Positions 40,511 through 53,880 of a stretch of DNA of 64,000 nt are shown here, piece by piece. The DNA is from Perna viridis (lineage: Eukaryota). The notes beneath the pieces are model-generated. The model worked only from the letters and a program-made list of their open reading frames with translations, did not search any database and was not told the DNA's origin. Numbering within the stretch: position 1 is the first letter of the stretch; each line of letters opens with the position of its first letter. The DNA is taken from NCBI GenBank assembly GCA_037379345.1, contig CM074512.1:6076001-6140000 (forward strand), read 5' to 3'. A program made the translations under genes and the position numbers.

Positions 40511-42053
40511 GCTGAAAAAAATCACTACTAACAAATGACGTGGGGACTCCTAAGACGGACAGGGCTTCTAGTTTTATATCTAAGTTTATATGTATAACTT
40601 CATCACAAGCTCGTCCAGTAGAACTGCGAGTTGTGCCATACTTCCATTTGATTAGACGTATTTTCACTCCATCAGTAATTTAGTTGATGACCTGTCATAC
40701 TCATAACAACAAAGGAATAAAAACTGTTAATAAATTAAGGAAATAAGTACATTGTGTAAATTTAAAAAATGTTGAAGGAGTTTAATTTGTCAGTTGAGGA
40801 TACTGGCAAAAAGTGTAAAAATACCAGCTTATCATACTGTCAATATGTACAATTACAATTAAGATAAAAATTGAATAATTTGTTTATACCTTCCAACAGA
40901 TCTTAGCTTTTTTGGCCAACTTCAAAATCATAATAATATAAGGAAATGATTATTTTTGCAGAAAATTACCAAATCCCTTGCCACTTTTAATCTAATAAAG
41001 TGGTTTTAAATTATGACAGATTTTGGTTAAATATTTGTCCTCATTTAATTGAGTTATTTTGTTAGAGGCAGTATCGTTAAAGTCTAGATCAGTGTATGAT
41101 ATGTATTCAGAATTGATAATCTATATTTTATTTTGTATTTTAGTATATCAAAATAAAATATAGAAATTTAAAATATTTTGATGAAGCAAATCAACAGGTC
41201 GGAAGGTATTGGTGAGGTATTTCTTGTAACTTACTATTACTTAGTCTATAAAATCTCCCCATTTAAATACAAATCCAATTTTCACCCAGCAGAAGATAGT
41301 ATCATAAGGTTTCAAAATTTGCAAACTGACACTTTTTTTTCATATATATTATGGTTAGAATAAATATTTATGTTAAAGGAAATGAAATTATGGTATCATT
41401 TTCATTTTATATTGAAGTTAATAAAATGCTTTAGGTAGAAAGTCTAAATGTTCCAGTGTTTGAAATTAAGCACAGTATTTTGAATGGCACATGTTATGCT
41501 CTCATTGTAGAGTGTAATGCCCATGTAGATGAGCTGGTATAATTGTTTCTCGGGGCAGTTTAACGAATGTGTTGGAAATTTCTCTCTATACATTGAAAGC
41601 CCAAAGTTTGCATTAGGCAGTTTTTTTTCAATGTTTGACACATCCCCCATTTCTACTTAGTTCTCATACTGAGAGTAGACTGCTCCTAGTCTCTGGATGT
41701 CTGGTATGTTTTAGTAAAAGATCTCTCAGGGGAGCTTGTCATTTACAATATATATCTTATTACTTATAAATTCTATTATTGTCTTAAAACAATGACATAA
41801 GTTAGATAGTATTTAAATCCCCAGTGAGGACAATGTCCCTGTTTGTTGTTAATTTTACATCGAGTTCTATGGTATCTGTATTGACTTCGACATATCAAGT
41901 TTTTTATTTAGTTTTTATTGCTATATTTGTCAATAATTAACAATATTTATTTGTTTTTCCTTCATGAACTGTGTATCAAATGATCTTTTATTAAGGTAGC
42001 AGATTGTTATGAGGTAAAGGATTAAATATAGTGTAATTCAGTATTTTTTTATA

Positions 42054-42227
42054 CTGTAAAAGTACTAATTTTCGCTATTTTCATAGTGAACATAAAAGCA
42101 CAAAAATTAATACCCACAAAATTGATTTTTAACATTACATAAGGCTTGTCATTTTTTGAAACCGCAAAAACTGATACCGGCAAATATGTTCACTTAACAG
42201 AATCTGCAAAAATTAACATGTTTACAG
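42054..42227. mobile_element. Small Tc1/mariner-type MITE; related partial copy at about 46180-46362
   Basis: TA|CTGTAAA...TTTACAG|TA termini; shared TCACTT.ACAGAATC..CAAAAATT internal motif and ATGTTTACAGTA end. Confidence 0.65.
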
Positions 42228-45119
42228 TACTCCTCCTCTTGGTTGTTGACAGCCTTTTTGAACAACATCTTGAAGCTAAGTAGATATTGTACTGTTTTCC
42301 TTCATATTCTCTTTGATATTACTAGGATTGTCAGAAACTTATGCTGTGTCAATCATTTACATTAATATCCATATTAAGAGCTTGATCATGCTTCAGTGTT
42401 GTATGAATACTTGACCTAACAATTCATGGTGTATCAAACTGCTCCTGTGAAGCATTATTTATTTCAAACTTGACCATGTTTTTTCAGTGTTATTTTGTTA
42501 CTGGTACCCTAGATTTAATGAGAAAGAAACTTTTATAAACTCTTCATGTTTTTTGCTTAAAAGGAACATTTGGGAAAATCATAAACATTGTAATGTGACT
42601 CATTGCATATTTGCTTTGAAGGTTGAATTTATGAGTTGGTTATGTGGGGATGAAAAATGAAAGGACATGAAGAAGCTTCACAAAGCCTCTCATTTATTTG
42701 TAAAGTGCATACATTTATATGCTCATGAATTTTGTTTCTTTTGAAAGGAAGTTCTTGTAGTGCATGAAAGTGCATGAACGTAATCAATATGTTGTATAGA
42801 TGAATTACATAAATAACTTATGAATTGTGTGAATATAAACACATTTCTAAATTGATATTAAGAAAGGCTAAAATGAAATCATCTGATACCGCCTTCCAAT
42901 TATTATACCCCTGCTTGAAAAGCTGGAGGTATATATTGATTTTGCTGTCTGTCCGTTTGTCTGATTGTGTGGTTGTTTGTCCATCCCCAGTTCTAATCAG
43001 CAACTCCTCTAAAACTGCTGAATGGAATTTGATGAAATTTTCACTGTATATATTCTTTGAACCTTGTTTTCACAAATACTGATATTCTACCCCTTGTTGC
43101 ATTCCTATGTAAAAATGAAATAATTTGTTTAGTATTGCTTTACATCAAATCTTACTTTGTACATGTTTTTACTACTCCAAATCCAGTCCACTAACAAATT
43201 CGGTAACTGATTATTTCTAATGCTGGTAAGTTTGATGTTTTTGTCATTCTTTAATATGTTCTGAGCTATCTTTCAGTTACTGTTCAGTTAACTAATTTCA
43301 GTTCAGTCAATTTTCCAATATATCTATGAGTCCTTTCATAAGTTTTTCCAAGGTCATGTTTTGCTACAATAGGTAGGGATGGAAGTATGAAAATGGCAAA
43401 CAGAAATTAAAAGAAATTATACTGTAATGAATATAGAATGCCGTCAAATCCTACATATATTTGAAGAGTGTATACCAGGAAAGTGTACAGTGATAAAAAC
43501 TATCTATCATATCATTAATTAAAAATGTAGTTTTAGGTTGATCTGTGCTACTTATGTGTTGCTTTTTTTTGTGTTAAAATATAATCCAGATGTTAGAGAC
43601 ATCAAGAGATTGTTCTTCAATAATTGTTCTGATGAAAATATCAGATTCATATGGAAATTCAATTCAGAAAATGTATTCCTTGTTTTTTACAATGTGATTA
43701 CAGTTTTGCAATTCTTGTTTAGACATAATCTGGTTTAATTCTTTATACATGTCAAAAAGATGAACAGAAATTGAACAGAACTTTTGATGTTAATTCTAAT
43801 GATACAACATAGTTAGGAAAGGTTATTCTTGTACTGAAATCAAAGTCTCTAAGCAGACTCCTGAAACCAAAGACTCTTTAGATTATCATAGTGCTGAAAC
43901 CAGGATCTCTTCAGGTAATCTTAGTGCTGAAACCAGGTCTGAGTATTGAATTAAAGGTCATATTAGGTTATCTGGGTAATCTGGTGAGCTTGCTCTCAGT
44001 ATCTTTCTTTTCATACTTGCAATAAGGTGCTTTGACTTAACCTCAAACATCATACTAAGGCTTTATTTTCTGTGCATCACCAGCTGCCTGATATTGTCTT
44101 TGAATGACTCTTATACATGTGTTTGATTTGTTTTGTTGATTTGTTTAAAGCAGATTTTCATAAAGATTTATAAGTTTGTATTAAACTGAAATTTCCCCTA
44201 ATATGTCTGTCAGTCAGAATTTTTCTTCAAATGATAAAGATTTTTTTCTTTACCTGTTTCATCCTTCAAATTGTTTTTACTAAAGTACAGCTATAACATG
44301 AAATAGGTATTGTTTCTTGTTAAGTGTTTAATGTCATTTCAAAAATGGAAAGTAATTTTCTAAGTGTCAATACATGAGATCAGTTGACTACTTTTGTAAT
44401 GTCAACAACAGATCTTATGACTTCTATAATTTTAATTTCTATCAAATTTACTGCCAATATGTCACATTGTGTCCTTGAAATGGGCTGGAAATTCTAACGG
44501 TCTAAAGAATATTTCAATTACAATATTGCTTGAAGTCATAAATATTAAAGAAGTTCATTTCAATAAACTATGAAATTTCAATGAATTTAAAATCCATACT
44601 GTCTTGTGCTTTACATTGATAGTAACTTTGTAACTAATTTCATTTCCAGAACTAATTATATGACTTTCTTTTAAACCAGAATTTGAGAAACAGTATTTTT
44701 CAGCAATTAGCAAAAGTTCATTGAAGTTTAAGCTGTACCTAGTCTTCCAAAGAAAACTGTCATTTTGTGACCGAAAGGTAGAATGAACTAATTGAATATA
44801 TAAAAAATGGTTGAAGTGAGTCATTTTTTGTCCCATTACTAAGTAGCTGATATGTTTTACTTCATCCTCTGTTTTTGCCCCCACAGCAATACAATGCAAA
44901 CCGGAAATGCTAGATATCTATGTGTCCATGTATCTGTCAATCACACTTACATTTTTCACTAAAGAGACAAGGATATTTCAATATTTATAAAGCCATGTCA
45001 GATTTCCTTATCTGACAGGTGATAATATTTATGACATCTTGTGAACTCAAAGGAATTTTGGCAAGCAAAGCATTCTGAATTGGCTACTAATCATCAAATT
45101 TAATGTTTAAAGGGAAAAA

Positions 45120-45274
45120 AATTTAACACTGCTTGAAATTGCACAACAAGATAATCTCAAGACACCCCTGGGTAAGATTTCAATGTTTTCGAACTCAGCA
45201 GAGCCTTGAGAACTTGAAATCTTATTCTCAGGTGTTTGAGATTCTCTGTCTTAAATTTTCAGCAGTGCTAAATT
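45120..45274. repeat. Imperfect ~155-bp palindrome (fold-back element)
   Basis: Left arm AATTTAACACTGCT..AATCTCAAGACACC..TAAGATTTCAA..CTC mirrors right arm GAG..TTGAAATCTTA..GGTGTTTGAGATT..AGCAGTGCTAAATT. Confidence 0.75.
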
Positions 45275-45366
45275 CTTAATTTTTCAACTGAACCTTTGAA
45301 AATTCATACCAAAGGTTGCAACTTGAATCTCTAGGATGAGTTCAAAAACCAACAATTATCAGCTAA

Positions 45367-45826
45367 GGTCTCACTAACCACTTCTAATGTTTCCATTACT
45401 TTACATGTTAAAAAAGTAATTTTCAAAGTCTCACTGTGAATTCCCAGGACAAATGACATCTTAAAGTTGCATACCGTTGCGAAGCTTGGAAAGTAAGGCT
45501 TCCAAAATCATTATGCTAATGGTACGATGATTGTAGAAATTCTTCACAAAATTTACTTGAATAAATAATACTGAAAATCCACATTTTTACCTGTTCCGCT
45601 AACTGAAAGCATGGAGGCAAATTACTCACACATGTAAACAATATTCATACACTTTTGTAGTTAATTACATATATGACTTTAAAGTACACATTCTAAGCTT
45701 TATTTTGACTACTTTTAATCATAATACACACAAACAATGCACTTACAATGCATATGTCTAGGTTCAGTGTGTTTTTGGTACTACATAGGGGGATGAACAT
45801 TTGACCCAGAAGTGGTTAGTGAGACC
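45367..45826. mobile_element. 460-bp MITE, PIF/Harbinger-like, copy 2
   Basis: Same 18-bp TIR, flanked on both sides by TAA (3-bp TSD typical of PIF/Harbinger). Confidence 0.9.
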
Positions 45827-46439
45827 TAATGTGAGATTTATCTCCTTGCGAAACTTAAATTTCTTAAAAAAAATTTGTTTTGAAACACTCTCATGCCTAC
45901 ACCTCATAATAGATTTTTCATAAAACAAGCTTAAAGAAACTATATTTACTATATTTACTATAGTAAATGTAGAGACATGATGTTTTTATATCCTGCTCCA
46001 AAGGCCTGCACTGTTTAACCCTTGCCTACCTGTATGTCTGTCAAACTTTTTTTTATGTAACAGTTTTTTCTGCAACTACTGGACTCACATTCTATGTTGG
46101 TATAAGCATTATAAAGGTTCGCCAAATATATAATTGAATATTTTTCCAGACATGTATGACAACTACTGCCTGTTTTCTGACTTAATTATTTTTCGCTGTA
46201 TTTGCGGTGGACTGGAAGGCTTTAAAAATAGTACTTGTGAAATTGTTTTTAACACTATGCAACACTAATCATTTTTTTAACCACCAAAATTGACACTCGT
46301 GAATCTGGTCACTTGACAGAATCCACAAAAATTAGCAGCCTCAAAAATTGATATGTTTACAGTAAGCATTGGCTCACTGATTTTTGTTAAGAACCTAAAT
46401 AATTTGCCTCTCCCAAAACCATCATCTAAAGCATCACAA

Positions 46440-47615
46440 CAATAATGTAGCTCTGAATAACTGATCTTAAACTCAGTAATGTAGCTCTTAATGTTCGATC
46501 TTGAACTCAGTAATGTAGCTCTGAATGTCTGATCTTAAACACAGTAATGTAGCTCAAGTTGTCCCATTTTAAACTCAGTAATGTAGGTTTGGATATCCCA
46601 TCTTAAACTAGGTAATCTAACTCTGAATGTGTGATCTTGAACTAAGTAATGCAGCTCCAGTTGTCCAATCTTAAACTAAATAATATGGCTGCAGTGGTCT
46701 AATCTTCAAGTAAGGAATGGAGCTCCAGTTGTCCAATCTTAAACTCAAGTAATGTAGCTCTGGATGTCTAATCTTTAAGTAAGTAATGGAGCTCCAGTTG
46801 TCCAATCTTAAACTCAAGTAATGTAGCTCTGGATGTCTAATCTTCAAGTAAGTAATGGAGCTCCAGTTGTCCAATCTTAAACTTAAGTAATGTAGCTCCA
46901 GTTGTCTAATCTTAAACTGAATAATGTGGCTCCAGGGTTTTATCTTCAACTAAGGAATGGGGCTCCAGTTGTCCAATCTAAAATTAAATAATGTAGCTCT
47001 GGATGTCCCATCTTAAACTCATTAATGGAGCTCCAGTTGTCCAATGTAAAACTAAGTAATGTAGCTCTGAATCTAATCTGAAGCTAATCTTAAATTCAGT
47101 AATGTAGCTCTGGTTGCCCCATCTGAAATTCAGTAATGTAGCTCTGGTTGGCCCATCTTAAATTCAGCAATGCTGCTCTGGTTTGCCCATCTGAAATTTA
47201 GCAATGCCGCTCTGGTTGGCCCATCTTAGATTCAGTAATGGTGCTCTGGTTGGCCCAATTTAAGCAGAGGACGCTTACCCTACCAGTGCACCTGGTCCAT
47301 GCTCCCAGTTTTTAGTGGAGTCCGAGTTGCTTATTTGCCTTTGTTACTTTGTATGTATGATTTTAGTTACTTTATGTTCTTTGTTGTGTATGTCTGCTTT
47401 CCATGACTGGTCTTTGTCCCTGGATTACATTCTTTTGATTACCGCTATAACCTTGGTTCCCTTGATTACTCTTTGCCCATCTTAAATCAGCAATGCTTCT
47501 CTGGTTTGGCCATTTTAAATTCAGCAGTGCTGCTCTGGTTTGCTCATCTTAAATTCAGTAATGGTGCTCGGGTTTGTCCATCTTAAATTCAGTAAAATAG
47601 ATCTGGTTGGCCCAT
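46440..47615. repeat. Minisatellite, 34 bp (68-bp dimer in the middle), interrupted by a Penelope-like insertion
   Basis: TAATGTAGCTCTGGATGTCCCATCTTAAACTCAG. Confidence 0.9.
47262..47474 (+). mobile_element. Penelope-like 3' terminal fragment inserted into a 34-bp minisatellite
   Basis: Near-identical to 36318-36530, same 3' end; the array continues on both sides. Confidence 0.9.
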
Positions 47616-48817
47616 TAGAAGCTAAGTTAGCTGGAGCATAGTATTGAATAATATGTAGAAGGAGTTTTTTTTATTAGTCTGTCTGAAAACTTGTTATAAA
47701 ACATGATCTCAAATTCATCCTCCACCAACTTCAGGCATGTCACAGACTGCAGACTCTCTTAATTGGGAGCAAATAATATAATACTAACAAAAAGAACTGA
47801 TAGTAGCTCTTCTCATCAGCAGAGTGATATGCATGTTGTAAGATAAAAAGTTCCTATAAATGGAATAAGACATTGAGGAGACAATACTTATGACATGCAG
47901 AGTTTATTCTCATCAAAACACATGAATAAAGGGTAATAACAAAATTACCGAATTGATAAACTTTAGGCAATAGTCAAAAGGAATAGTCAAATGGTATAAC
48001 AAATATTTCTAGGCAAAATATAATTTAAGCATACTCTTTATATTAAGATTTATGATCAAAATACATTTTGGTATTAAAACTGAATTACTTAATCATGACC
48101 AACAAAGCATGACAGATAGCTAATCTGGTGTTGAAGATATGTTTTTATTAGTCTAAGTGTGTAAGATCTAAGATATAAGATTTATTACATGCATGAAACT
48201 CAATTTGATCTAGTTAATTTCAAGTAAAATTCAAATGATGCTTAACAAAATATGCTGATAAGAAAATAGATAAAAAGAATTGTATTGTTACTTATAAATC
48301 ATAATTCATCAGTATTTGAAAGTTAAGTTCATATTGTGCCAGTAATTGCTTTTTAAAGGAAGTTCATAAGTATAAACCACTAATGTTAGATAACAAAATT
48401 CATGATTACTTTTCCACTGATGTAAAATCTTCTTGTGTTTGAAAATATTATATCATTGTCTGAAAATCACAAATTTCAGCTTCATCAATCCAAGTTATCT
48501 TTATCTTGTGCTAAAAAAACAGATATGACCTTGTATAAATTAAGAACATTTTCTACCCCCTAGAAGTAGATACAGTAAATATGTACTGAAAACATCTATT
48601 GTTAACAGGTTCTCAGTACAATATAGATGTATACAATTCTAACTTATTCACAAATCTGTTTGTTACATATTGGGCCAGATTTATTACACTCTGAAATGGC
48701 ATCCAGTCTGAATTTTGAAGCATAGTAACTTGGAATACTACATTAATATACAAACTATAGTTTTTACTTTGTTCGTCTGTCTGTCTGTCTATCAGTATGT
48801 CAGTAGATTTTGTGAAT

Positions 48818-49185
48818 GATGTACACTATATTAAATTTTGTACACAATTGTCGTATGGAGATGTACACTTTACTGAACTTAAATTTTGTACACAATTGTC
48901 CTATGAAGATGTACACTATATTGAGCTTGATTTTGTACACAATTGTCATATGGAGATGTACACTATATTGAACTTGATTTTGTACACTATAGTCATATGG
49001 AGATGTACACTATATTGAGCTTTTGTACACAATTGTCATATAGAGATGTACACTATATTGAGCTTAAATTTTGTACACAATTGTCATATGGAGATGTACA
49101 CTTTATTGAGCATAAATTTTGTACACAATTGTCATATGGAGATGTACACTATATTGAGCTTAAATTTTGTACACAATTGTCATAT
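48818..49185. repeat. Minisatellite, ~48 bp x ~8
   Basis: GATGTACACTATATTGAGCTTAAATTTTGTACACAATTGTCATATGGA; preceded by (GTCT)n. Confidence 0.93.
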
Positions 49186-49409
49186 TGTTGAATCTAGACT
49201 TGAATTGAAATAATGAAATTTAGTTTTGAGAAACCATTTTGAGTTGCTTTTTCCAAAATGGCTGCCATTTAGTTATTTTCATGGTTTATAAATGTCACAA
49301 TTTTATCAGTCAAAAAAGGTGTAGTCAATCCACAATAATGATGTGTCAAACATTAACTCTCAGACCATATGGGCCTTCAATTATCAGGATTTAGAGTGGG
49401 AGTTGCATC

Positions 49410-49852
49410 TGTTTCCCTATCAGGCTGTGACCTTATCATCAGTGGTCCTATCAGGCTGTAACCGTATCATCAGTGTCCCTATCAAGCTGTGACCGCATCA
49501 TCTTTGTCCTTATTAGGCTGTGTCCATATCAGGCTGTGACCATGTCATCAGTGTTCCTATCAGGCTGTGACCGTATCATCTGTGTCCTTATTAGGCTATG
49601 ACCTAATCATCAATATCCCTATCAGGCTGTGACCTAATCATCAATATCCCTATCAGGCTGTGACCATATCATCTGATACAGCATCAGAATGTGATTGTAT
49701 CATCAGAGTCCCTATCAGCCTGTGACCGTATCATTTGTTTCCCTATCAGGCTGTGTCCTTATCAGGCTGTGTCCCTATTAGGCTGTTTCCCTTACAGGCT
49801 GTGTCCCTATCAGGCTGTGTCCCTATTAGGCTATATCCCTATCAGGCTGTCC
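49410..49852. repeat. Minisatellite, 31-bp unit switching to a 16-bp unit
   Basis: CCCTATCAGGCTGTGACCGTATCATCAGTGT, then CCCTATCAGGCTGTGT from 49741. Confidence 0.9.
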
Positions 49853-49921
49853 ACCGTAAGATAAATAAGATGAAACTACTTTTACTCATATCTGAAGTGT
49901 TAACTAATTGGTAATGGGCCC

Positions 49922-50088
49922 ATTCACAACACAAGTACAACAGTACATCTTTTACTGACAACACTCACAACACGAGTACAACAGTATATCTTTTACTGAC
50001 AACACTCACAACACAAGTACAACAGTATATCTTTTACTGACAAACTCACAACACAAGTACAACAGTATATCTGTTACTGACAACACTT
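49922..50088. repeat. Minisatellite, 41 bp x 4
   Basis: ACTCACAACACAAGTACAACAGTATATCTTTTACTGACAAC. Confidence 0.92.
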
Positions 50089-52116
50089 AACTAAACCCAC
50101 CAAGTGACAGTTACCAGAAAGCAAATATTCAAGCATAAGCTAACAACAAAACAAAATTAACAATAAGATCATGCATTCATAAAAAATAACAATATAATTC
50201 TTAGACTGAAAAATGCAGCAGGGCCCTTCCTGAGTTACTCAGTATTGTAGTTGTTCACATTAATCTGAATCAGTATTTGTCTTCTTTGCAAGTGGAAATG
50301 GTACTAGCTATATCTTCTGATGACAAAAAAAAAGATGGTTTGGTGAAGTACTTTGTATAATGATAGAATTAGCCTCTTATCCTATTTTTACCTAACTCAC
50401 AAATGTTTATACTTTAGTAGCTGCAGACATTACTTTTCCTGTATATTATATTTTAACAGACATTACTATTGGAAGATTTTTCACTAATCCAGAATTTATT
50501 AGGAATATAAATCCATTAAGAAGGAAGTCATGACAAAAAAGGAATAAATTTCATTGAAATATTACCAGTACATTGGGCCCTAAATTTGTCTTTGGACATG
50601 AGATTGTCACATGGGTAAAACATTCACTTGATAAATGGTATCGTTAAGGTAGAAATGGTTCCCTGTAGATTCTATTGTCATTACTATTTTATACAAATTG
50701 ACATAGGGAGTTGAAACTTATTGTAAAATACTCAATAAGTAGATTGTGACATAAATATATATCTGAACTATTTATTGGTAAATGGTCCAGAGACTAATTT
50801 TTTAAAGTTACGTGGCCTATATTCCTTGTTAGATAGATTAGAAAAGTGCATTAAAGTTACCATTTATGATGGAATTTGTTACCAAAAGTATACACTGGCT
50901 TGCACCACAATGATTATTGTTTACATGAGGGTTCCGTTCAAAGCTTGTATGTAGAAGATTATTACATTTTAGTGTGAACTGTTGTAGTATAGAATACAAT
51001 TTTTTTTTAAATATTCAGGCTTGACACTTAATTAGTCATCTAAAATGACGTGTCTAGGATTCGTAAATCAATCTATCATTGTACTATTATATCAAAGACC
51101 CTGATATTTTGAAATTTCATAAAATTAGAACAAACATGCTTAGCAATAAACTGCATTTTGAACACACAGTATGCCTTAATTTTGAATAAATCAAATTTAT
51201 TTAGTCATGATTTTCTTTTAAAATGTAGAGCATATTCTCTGAAGACTGTTTAATTTAATATTATACTAATCGTATTTACTTATATTTGAAGAAAAGTTTG
51301 TACAAATTTTTGAAAAATGTGTATATCTAATTTGAAGAATTCTGTTTCTGTCCACATGTTGACTCTGATAAATGATAAAATTTATGCAGTAGTCATAAGC
51401 AATATTAGAGTCAAAACTTCAAAGTTGGAAACCACTGACTTGGTACATGCATTTCAGATATCATGATTTTAGGTTTTTTGCCTTTGCAGGATGGAGCTAT
51501 TTGTATTAAAACCCGTGCTAACATGTGCAGTACAAGTCAATCAAAACTGGCTATCCTCAGTTGAAATACATGTATATGTATACAGATTTTTTAAATTCCT
51601 TAATTGGAAGGGCTTTAGCACTTATTATGACAAAGAGATTCATTTTGTTAAACCCTTTTCATTGTCCAGTTGCAGTACTTAACAACATAGTGGATGGTGC
51701 ACTGCCATGTTGCTATGGGTGATGTTACCCCCAATCTCTCTAGCAAATGAAAAAAGAAAACAGAGAAATTAAAGGTGTGAGATGCCTGTCTGCTTTCCTT
51801 GTGTCCACATAAATTATTTGTCACTTACTGATATAATGCTGTGGTCCTTTTGTGATAATAAACAATAGCCTGCTATATCTTGAAAGGAACTTTTCAATTT
51901 ATTTTGGAGAATTGCCCTAACCATCTAGGAATTAGGTGCCAAAACAAACATTTTATGAAAGTTATATGAATTGCTTATTTCTTGAACATACAGTTTTAAC
52001 GGGGTTTAATTTAAGGTTTTTATTTTTTTTTATGATAATTTATGTTCTCTAATTAAAATAAGATAGCATAACATTGTTGTCTAGTTTCCACACAAAAGCT
52101 TTGTTTTTATTTTTAG

Positions 52117-52284
52117 GTTGTTCTGGCCAGTGTCCCAGATTTACAATGTGGATTTTCCAGAGATTTGTTTTTGGCTTGGTGTGGCAGTTCAAAGAACAGC
52201 ATTATTCTGACCAATCGAACTTCACCAGGAACTTTAGCCAGATATCTAATAGAGAATCCACAAAATAAAACAGTAACCATGGAG
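52117..52284 (+). CDS. CPSF2: CPSF2 coding exon E (next exon not found in the window)
   Basis: TTTTAG acceptor, GTGAGA donor, 168 bp; [56 protein letters not shown]. Confidence 0.97.
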
Positions 52285-52479
52285 GTGAGAAACTGAATGA
52301 TCACCCTTTAAATGAGCTGATATCTGATTTTCTGAGAATAATGCAGATCATGACAAGTATCTATATTAACCTATTTCTGATGTGAATAATAATGCATTCC
52401 TTAACAATCTCCTTCAAATAATATGTATAATGTCACATGTGACGCTTTCTGCCCAGGTTTGTGTTTTCATATGACTATC

Positions 52480-53510
52480 TGTTATCCAACATTCCCAATG
52501 TCTCATGTGACATAATAAAAAAGAAAGTCTCATGTGACCTATATCAAATTCTCAATGTCTTGGGTGACATAATCAAATAGTAAGCAGTCTCCTATGACCT
52601 ATTTCACATTCTTAATGTCTCATGTGACATAATAAAAAAGAAAACAGTCTCCTGTAACTTATCTCACATTCTCAATGCCTCATGTGACATAGTAAAAAAG
52701 AAAAGTCTCCTGTGACTTATCTCACATTCTCAATGCCTCATGTGACATAATAAAAAAGAAAACAGTCTCCTGTGACTTATCTCACATTCTCAATGCCTCA
52801 TGTGACATAGTAAAAAAGAAAAGTCTCCTGTGACTTATCTCACATTCTCAATGCCTCATGTGACATAATAAAAAAGAAAACAGTCTCCTGTGACTTATCT
52901 CACATTCTCAATGCCTCATGTGACATAATGAAAAAGAAAACAGTCTCCTGTGACTTATCTCACATTCTCAAAGCTTCATGTGACATATTCAAAAAGAAAA
53001 CGGTCTCTTTTGACCTATCCGACATTCTCAATGTCTGATGTGACCTAGTCAAATGGAAAACAGACTCCTGTGACCAATCCCACATTCTCAATGTCGGATG
53101 TGACCCAGTCAAATGGAAATCAGTCTCCTGTGACCCATCCCACATTCTCAATGTCTGATGTGACCCAGTCAAAGGGAAAACAGTCTCTTGTAACCTGTCC
53201 CACATTCTCAATACCTCATGTGACATAATAAAAAAGAAAACAGTCTCCTCTGTCAATATCTGACATTCCCAATGTCTGATATGTCCCAGTCAAATGGAAA
53301 ACAGTCTCCTCTGTCAATATCTAACATACTCAATGTCGCACATGACAAAACCAAATATAAAATAGTCACCTGTGACCTAACCCCTCTGACATGTTGAATG
53401 CCCCATGTGACCCAGTTTTATTATAAAAAGTCTCTTGTGACTATATCTGACAAATTTAATGTCTCACTAAACCAAATTTAATTGAAAACAGTCTCCTATG
53501 ATCATATCTT
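52480..53510. repeat. Minisatellite, 58-60 bp x ~17, built from two related ~30-bp halves
   Basis: CACATTCTCAATGCCTCATGTGACATAATAAAAAAGAAAACAGTCTCCTGTGACTTATCT. Confidence 0.93.
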
Positions 53511-53880
53511 ACATGTCTCACAACACTCAAGGAAATTCTCTACATTTGAACCAATTTATTCTTCATGAGTTATCTTTTGTCTTTCCTCTCGGAAGTTTAA
53601 TATCCTTTTTAAAAATGTGAATTATAATGAAATTAATACATGTGTCTGTTGAACATTCCTTATTTGGTGACTATTTATAAATTTGTAAATATACAAACCC
53701 AGTAGATTAGTTGGAAGTTAACTTATAAGCTTAATATTTTTATAATAGAGGAATGATTTTGTGAAAGTATTTATGCTGAAAAAAAGTTTGTGTGTGAAAC
53801 ATTTGGTCAAAGTGTTTGCTCTGTTCAGTCCCTCACTTGATATGAAACCTAAAGTGATTATCAGAAGGTCAGCTGATGTA

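Larger units (their letters stand above)
6312..52116 (+). other. 45.8 kb GT-AG intron of CPSF2 hosting a nested antisense GPCR
   Basis: Exon D ends ...PEPK and exon E starts VVLAS..., contiguous in CPSF2 (PSPKVVLASQPDLECGFSR) with no missing residues. Confidence 0.9.

Noticed and set aside
51490-51564. Extra CPSF2 exon at the TTTGCAG|G acceptor
   Set aside because: No CPSF2 similarity, in-frame stop after 24 codons and no clear donor; exons D and E already join without a gap
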